Shown here piece after piece: positions 6,625 to 8,871 of a stretch of 8,871 nucleotides of DNA. Made by a program: the position numbers and the translations under genes. The DNA lies in the IMG/VR virus record IMGVR_UViG_2660238358_000005. One strand, given 5' to 3'. The number at the start of each line of letters is the position of its first letter. The stretch's first letter is position 1. A model generated the notes under the pieces. The model made no database searches and was not told the origin of the DNA. It saw only the letters and a list, made by a program, of their open reading frames with translations. This DNA comes from a virus (Duplodnaviria > Heunggongvirae > Uroviricota > Caudoviricetes).

Positions 6625-8535
6625 TCACTCCTCCGGACAGCTTCGCTGCCAGTTCTTCAAGGGTCGGTTGTGCAGTTGCATCCTTGCGGGATGCAACTGC
6701 ACAGCCAGATCAAGTTGCCAGCGTTGCACGGACACACGTAATGCCGCATAGGCATACACCAGGCAGTCCAGCGCTTCGTTACGCCGCTTTTTGTTATCCC
6801 ACAACAGACGCATCTTTCCTTTTTCCCACTTTTCCACCAGTTCCTCCGCCACCAGTTGTTGTGCCTCTGTCTGCGAAAAAATCTCCGGATTATCAGGAAA
6901 GCGGATGGCATACGATGTGGCCTCATTCACAGGGGTGGGATCGGCCTTCATTCGGGCATAGAGAATTTCTTTTGCGGTATCCGTCCCCACCTCACACAGA
7001 TACACACCCCGCTGATTGCGGGTTTTCGGCATGGTGATCACCGGCTTGCCATAGACAGAGGCACCTTTTACCGGCAGTACCCGGAAAATACCGTGTTTTT
7101 TTGACCTCTGATACACGATTTCGCCATCGATCCCCCCGATATCCCAGCAGACACGGGAAATGGTCATTTCGGTACCGTCTGCATGGCGGTATTTTTTATT
7201 GATCGCCGCATCCACACGTAACAGCGTCTCTTCCTCATCAGGACGTCCCATGATGATGATTTTATCCACCAGAAAGGCTTCCTCTCCCGGAGCCCACCCC
7301 CAGACATACATCTCAAAACGGTTTCGCTGCGAGTCAATGCCCGCCGTCAGATAAACCACCCGGACAGGCACCGTTGCCGTGTAAGGCACAACCTTATCCA
7401 TCAGTACCTGGTGATCGAGTTTTTCGCCCACGGCCTCTTCCCAGGTCTCGCCCAGCGTGGTGTTCACAAAAGTTTTCACGCCGTTGGGATCTTTCAGTGC
7501 ATCCAGCCAGTCACAGACTATCTGTACCCTGGTGGTGAACGGACTGTACGCCGTCCATATATGGAAAGTGATGGAGCGCGGCGGCGGAATTTCATTACCC
7601 GAAGCACTGAAAAACGTCAGACCGTCACACGTCCACATCCCGGTATTGTCACAAATCCAGCGCCCCCCGGTCTGATCAAGTTCAGACTGACGGATCACGC
7701 AGCCATTATGTTCACACAGGTAATACACCGTTTCCGGTTTACCCTTCTCCCATTTCAGGCCAAACGACGTCGCATCATCGCCAAACTTCAGATACTGCTC
7801 CTCCCCGCAATGAGGGCAAGGGACATAAAACCGCATGAAATGCGCAGATTCATTCGCAGCTTTTTCAATCTGACAGGAGCCTTTAATTTTTGGCGTTGAA
7901 CCGCGTATGGATTTTGGCCATACCGAACCTTCAATACGTTTATCGCCAAGCAGTGTTGGCGAACCTTCTTTTTCCACATCCGGTTCAAACGAGGAGAGTT
8001 CGTCATAGCAGACCACATCGACAGATTTTTCACGGTAGTTTTTGGCAGCAGCACCACCCAAACACCAGAACCCCACACCAGAGGAAAAACGCTTCAGTGT
8101 GAGCGTATTATCCCGGTGTTTCCGGCCCAGCCAGGGAGAAAGTTTTTTCAGGCAAGGAACATCACGAATTGTTGCTTCCACGTGAGACTTCATAAAATCT
8201 TCAGCAGCTGAGTCCGTCGGCTGAAAAAGAAGAGTGTTGCGGGATTTGTGCTCAATAAAATACCCGATCACACCAAGCACCATTTTTGTATAACCAACAC
8301 GGGCAGATTTAATCAGGTTAACTGTACGAATCTCGTCATTGCCCATGCAGTTCATGATGGCGACCTGAAACTGCAGCGTTTTCCATTCCCCCTCACCGTA
8401 TGACGATTCTTTAGGCAGGTAATAATTTTGATCGGCCCATTCTACAGCCGTCACCGGCAATACCCTGACCAGTGGCTGCAGTGCGATAGTGACTGCCACC
8501 ATCATATTACTCAGTTGTTGTTCTGATATATTCAT
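6625..8535 (-). CDS. A: Terminase large subunit gpA (lambda A homolog)
   Basis: Collinear homology over the full length with lambda gpA: TAVEWAD.NYYLPKES, VKSARVGY.KM.LGV..YFIEHK.RNTL, RDNTLT.KRF, GFWCLGG.AAKNYREKSVDV, GSPT.LGDKRIEGSVWPKSIRGSTPK, CPHCGEEQYLKFGD, HIWTAYSPFTT, TFVNTTLGETWE, YLTAGIDSQ, SKKHG.FRV.P.KGASVYGKPV, TEAQQL.AEE.VEKW, KKRRNEALDC. Start set at ATG 8535..8533 (MNISEQQ, as lambda MNISNSQ), not the TTG at 8592 used by the ORF track. Confidence 0.95.
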   Translation of the reverse strand: MNISEQQLSNMMVAVTIALQPLVRVLPVTAVEWADQNYYLPKESSYGEGEWKTLQFQVAIMNCMGNDEIRTVNLIKSARVGYTKMVLGVIGYFIEHKSRNTLLFQPTDSAAEDFMKSHVEATIRDVPCLKKLSPWLGRKHRDNTLTLKRFSSGVGFWCLGGAAAKNYREKSVDVVCYDELSSFEPDVEKEGSPTLLGDKRIEGSVWPKSIRGSTPKIKGSCQIEKAANESAHFMRFYVPCPHCGEEQYLKFGDDATSFGLKWEKGKPETVYYLCEHNGCVIRQSELDQTGGRWICDNTGMWTCDGLTFFSASGNEIPPPRSITFHIWTAYSPFTTRVQIVCDWLDALKDPNGVKTFVNTTLGETWEEAVGEKLDHQVLMDKVVPYTATVPVRVVYLTAGIDSQRNRFEMYVWGWAPGEEAFLVDKIIIMGRPDEEETLLRVDAAINKKYRHADGTEMTISRVCWDIGGIDGEIVYQRSKKHGIFRVLPVKGASVYGKPVITMPKTRNQRGVYLCEVGTDTAKEILYARMKADPTPVNEATSYAIRFPDNPEIFSQTEAQQLVAEELVEKWEKGKMRLLWDNKKRRNEALDCLVYAYAALRVSVQRWQLDLAVQLHPARMQLHNRPLKNWQRSCPEE

Positions 8536-8830
8536 CGAGTAAATCCGGTAATTTATCCCCCGCACGCGCGCACTGATTCGCTCCCTTAGCAATAAGGATT
8601 TTCAGATGATCAATATGACGCGGCGTTAAATCCGGGAACTGTCGTTGCATGGACAAAGGAATGGAGTCAAGCGTACTGGATAAAGCCATCGCCAGCTTAC
8701 TAAGGGCAAAAATACAAAATCCGGTATCGATAAGATTTCCTTTTGACACCTGATTTTTTAACTGCTGTGCGACAGCCTGTTCTGCGGTCAGTTCCCATCT
8801 GGCAATGAGTAGTTTGAGGTGTACTGGCAA
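8507..8830 (-). CDS. nu1: Terminase small subunit gpNu1, C-terminal portion only (roughly the last 100 residues by homology); 5' end unresolved and possibly disrupted
   Basis: GFCIFALSKLA...LDSIPLSMQRQFPDLTPRHIDHLK...LPDLLDEYI matches the lambda gpNu1 C-terminal region (AFCTFVLSRIA...LDGLPLSVQRRFPELENRHVDFLK...IPGLLSEYI). The 3' end overlaps the A start by 29 nt, as in lambda. The ORF-track start at 8830 is a TTG; an in-frame TAG lies at 8842..8840. Confidence 0.75.
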   Translation of the reverse strand: MPVHLKLLIARWELTAEQAVAQQLKNQVSKGNLIDTGFCIFALSKLAMALSSTLDSIPLSMQRQFPDLTPRHIDHLKILIAKGANQCARAGDKLPDLLDEYIRTTTE

Positions 8831-8871
8831 TAGCGGACACTACCATTTGTTCTTTTTTTAAGCAGCCATCT

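Noticed and set aside
7411-7899. Plus-strand 162-aa ORF antisense to terminase A
   Set aside because: Shadow ORF inside the terminase large-subunit gene; no homology or start context.
8536-8592. ORF-track N-terminal extension of A (MLRERISARVRGINYRIYS) starting at 8592
   Set aside because: That start is a TTG inside nu1; homology to lambda gpA begins exactly at the internal ATG (MNISEQQ) at 8535, which also reproduces the lambda-like nu1/A overlap.
1-8871. Search for CRISPR arrays, tRNA genes, insertion-sequence ends, integrase/att sites or a defence island
   Set aside because: No direct-repeat/spacer periodicity, no tRNA-like structures noticed, no terminal inverted repeats flanking a transposase-like ORF; coding capacity is saturated by lambda head-gene homologs.

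Overview
The whole window is the head-morphogenesis / head-tail joining part of the late operon of a lambda-like (lambdoid) phage or prophage, all on the minus strand and in the same order as phage lambda: nu1 (C-terminal part, runs off the right edge) - A - W - B - C (with nested Nu3) - D - E - FI - FII - Z - U, with an apparent ribosome-binding site for the next gene (V) at the left edge. Calls rest on by-eye alignment of the supplied translations to lambda proteins recalled from memory, so family assignments are firm but no identity percentages can be given. Genes are tightly packed, with overlapping stop/start codons and almost no intergenic space; I see no inserted accessory gene, defence system, tRNA, CRISPR array or insertion sequence, and I do not find a credible undescribed system here. 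What deserves a second look: (1) the portal gene B is split by a +1 frameshift in an A6/T6 homopolymer; (2) a run of 90 N (assembly gap) lies inside gene C, directly beside a three-fold tandem ~150-nt (50-aa) repeat in the C/Nu3 scaffold region; (3) the nu1 reading frame hits in-frame stops just before the window edge; (4) a terminator-like hairpin sits between E and FI. The first three are equally consistent with draft-assembly error and with a decaying cryptic prophage.
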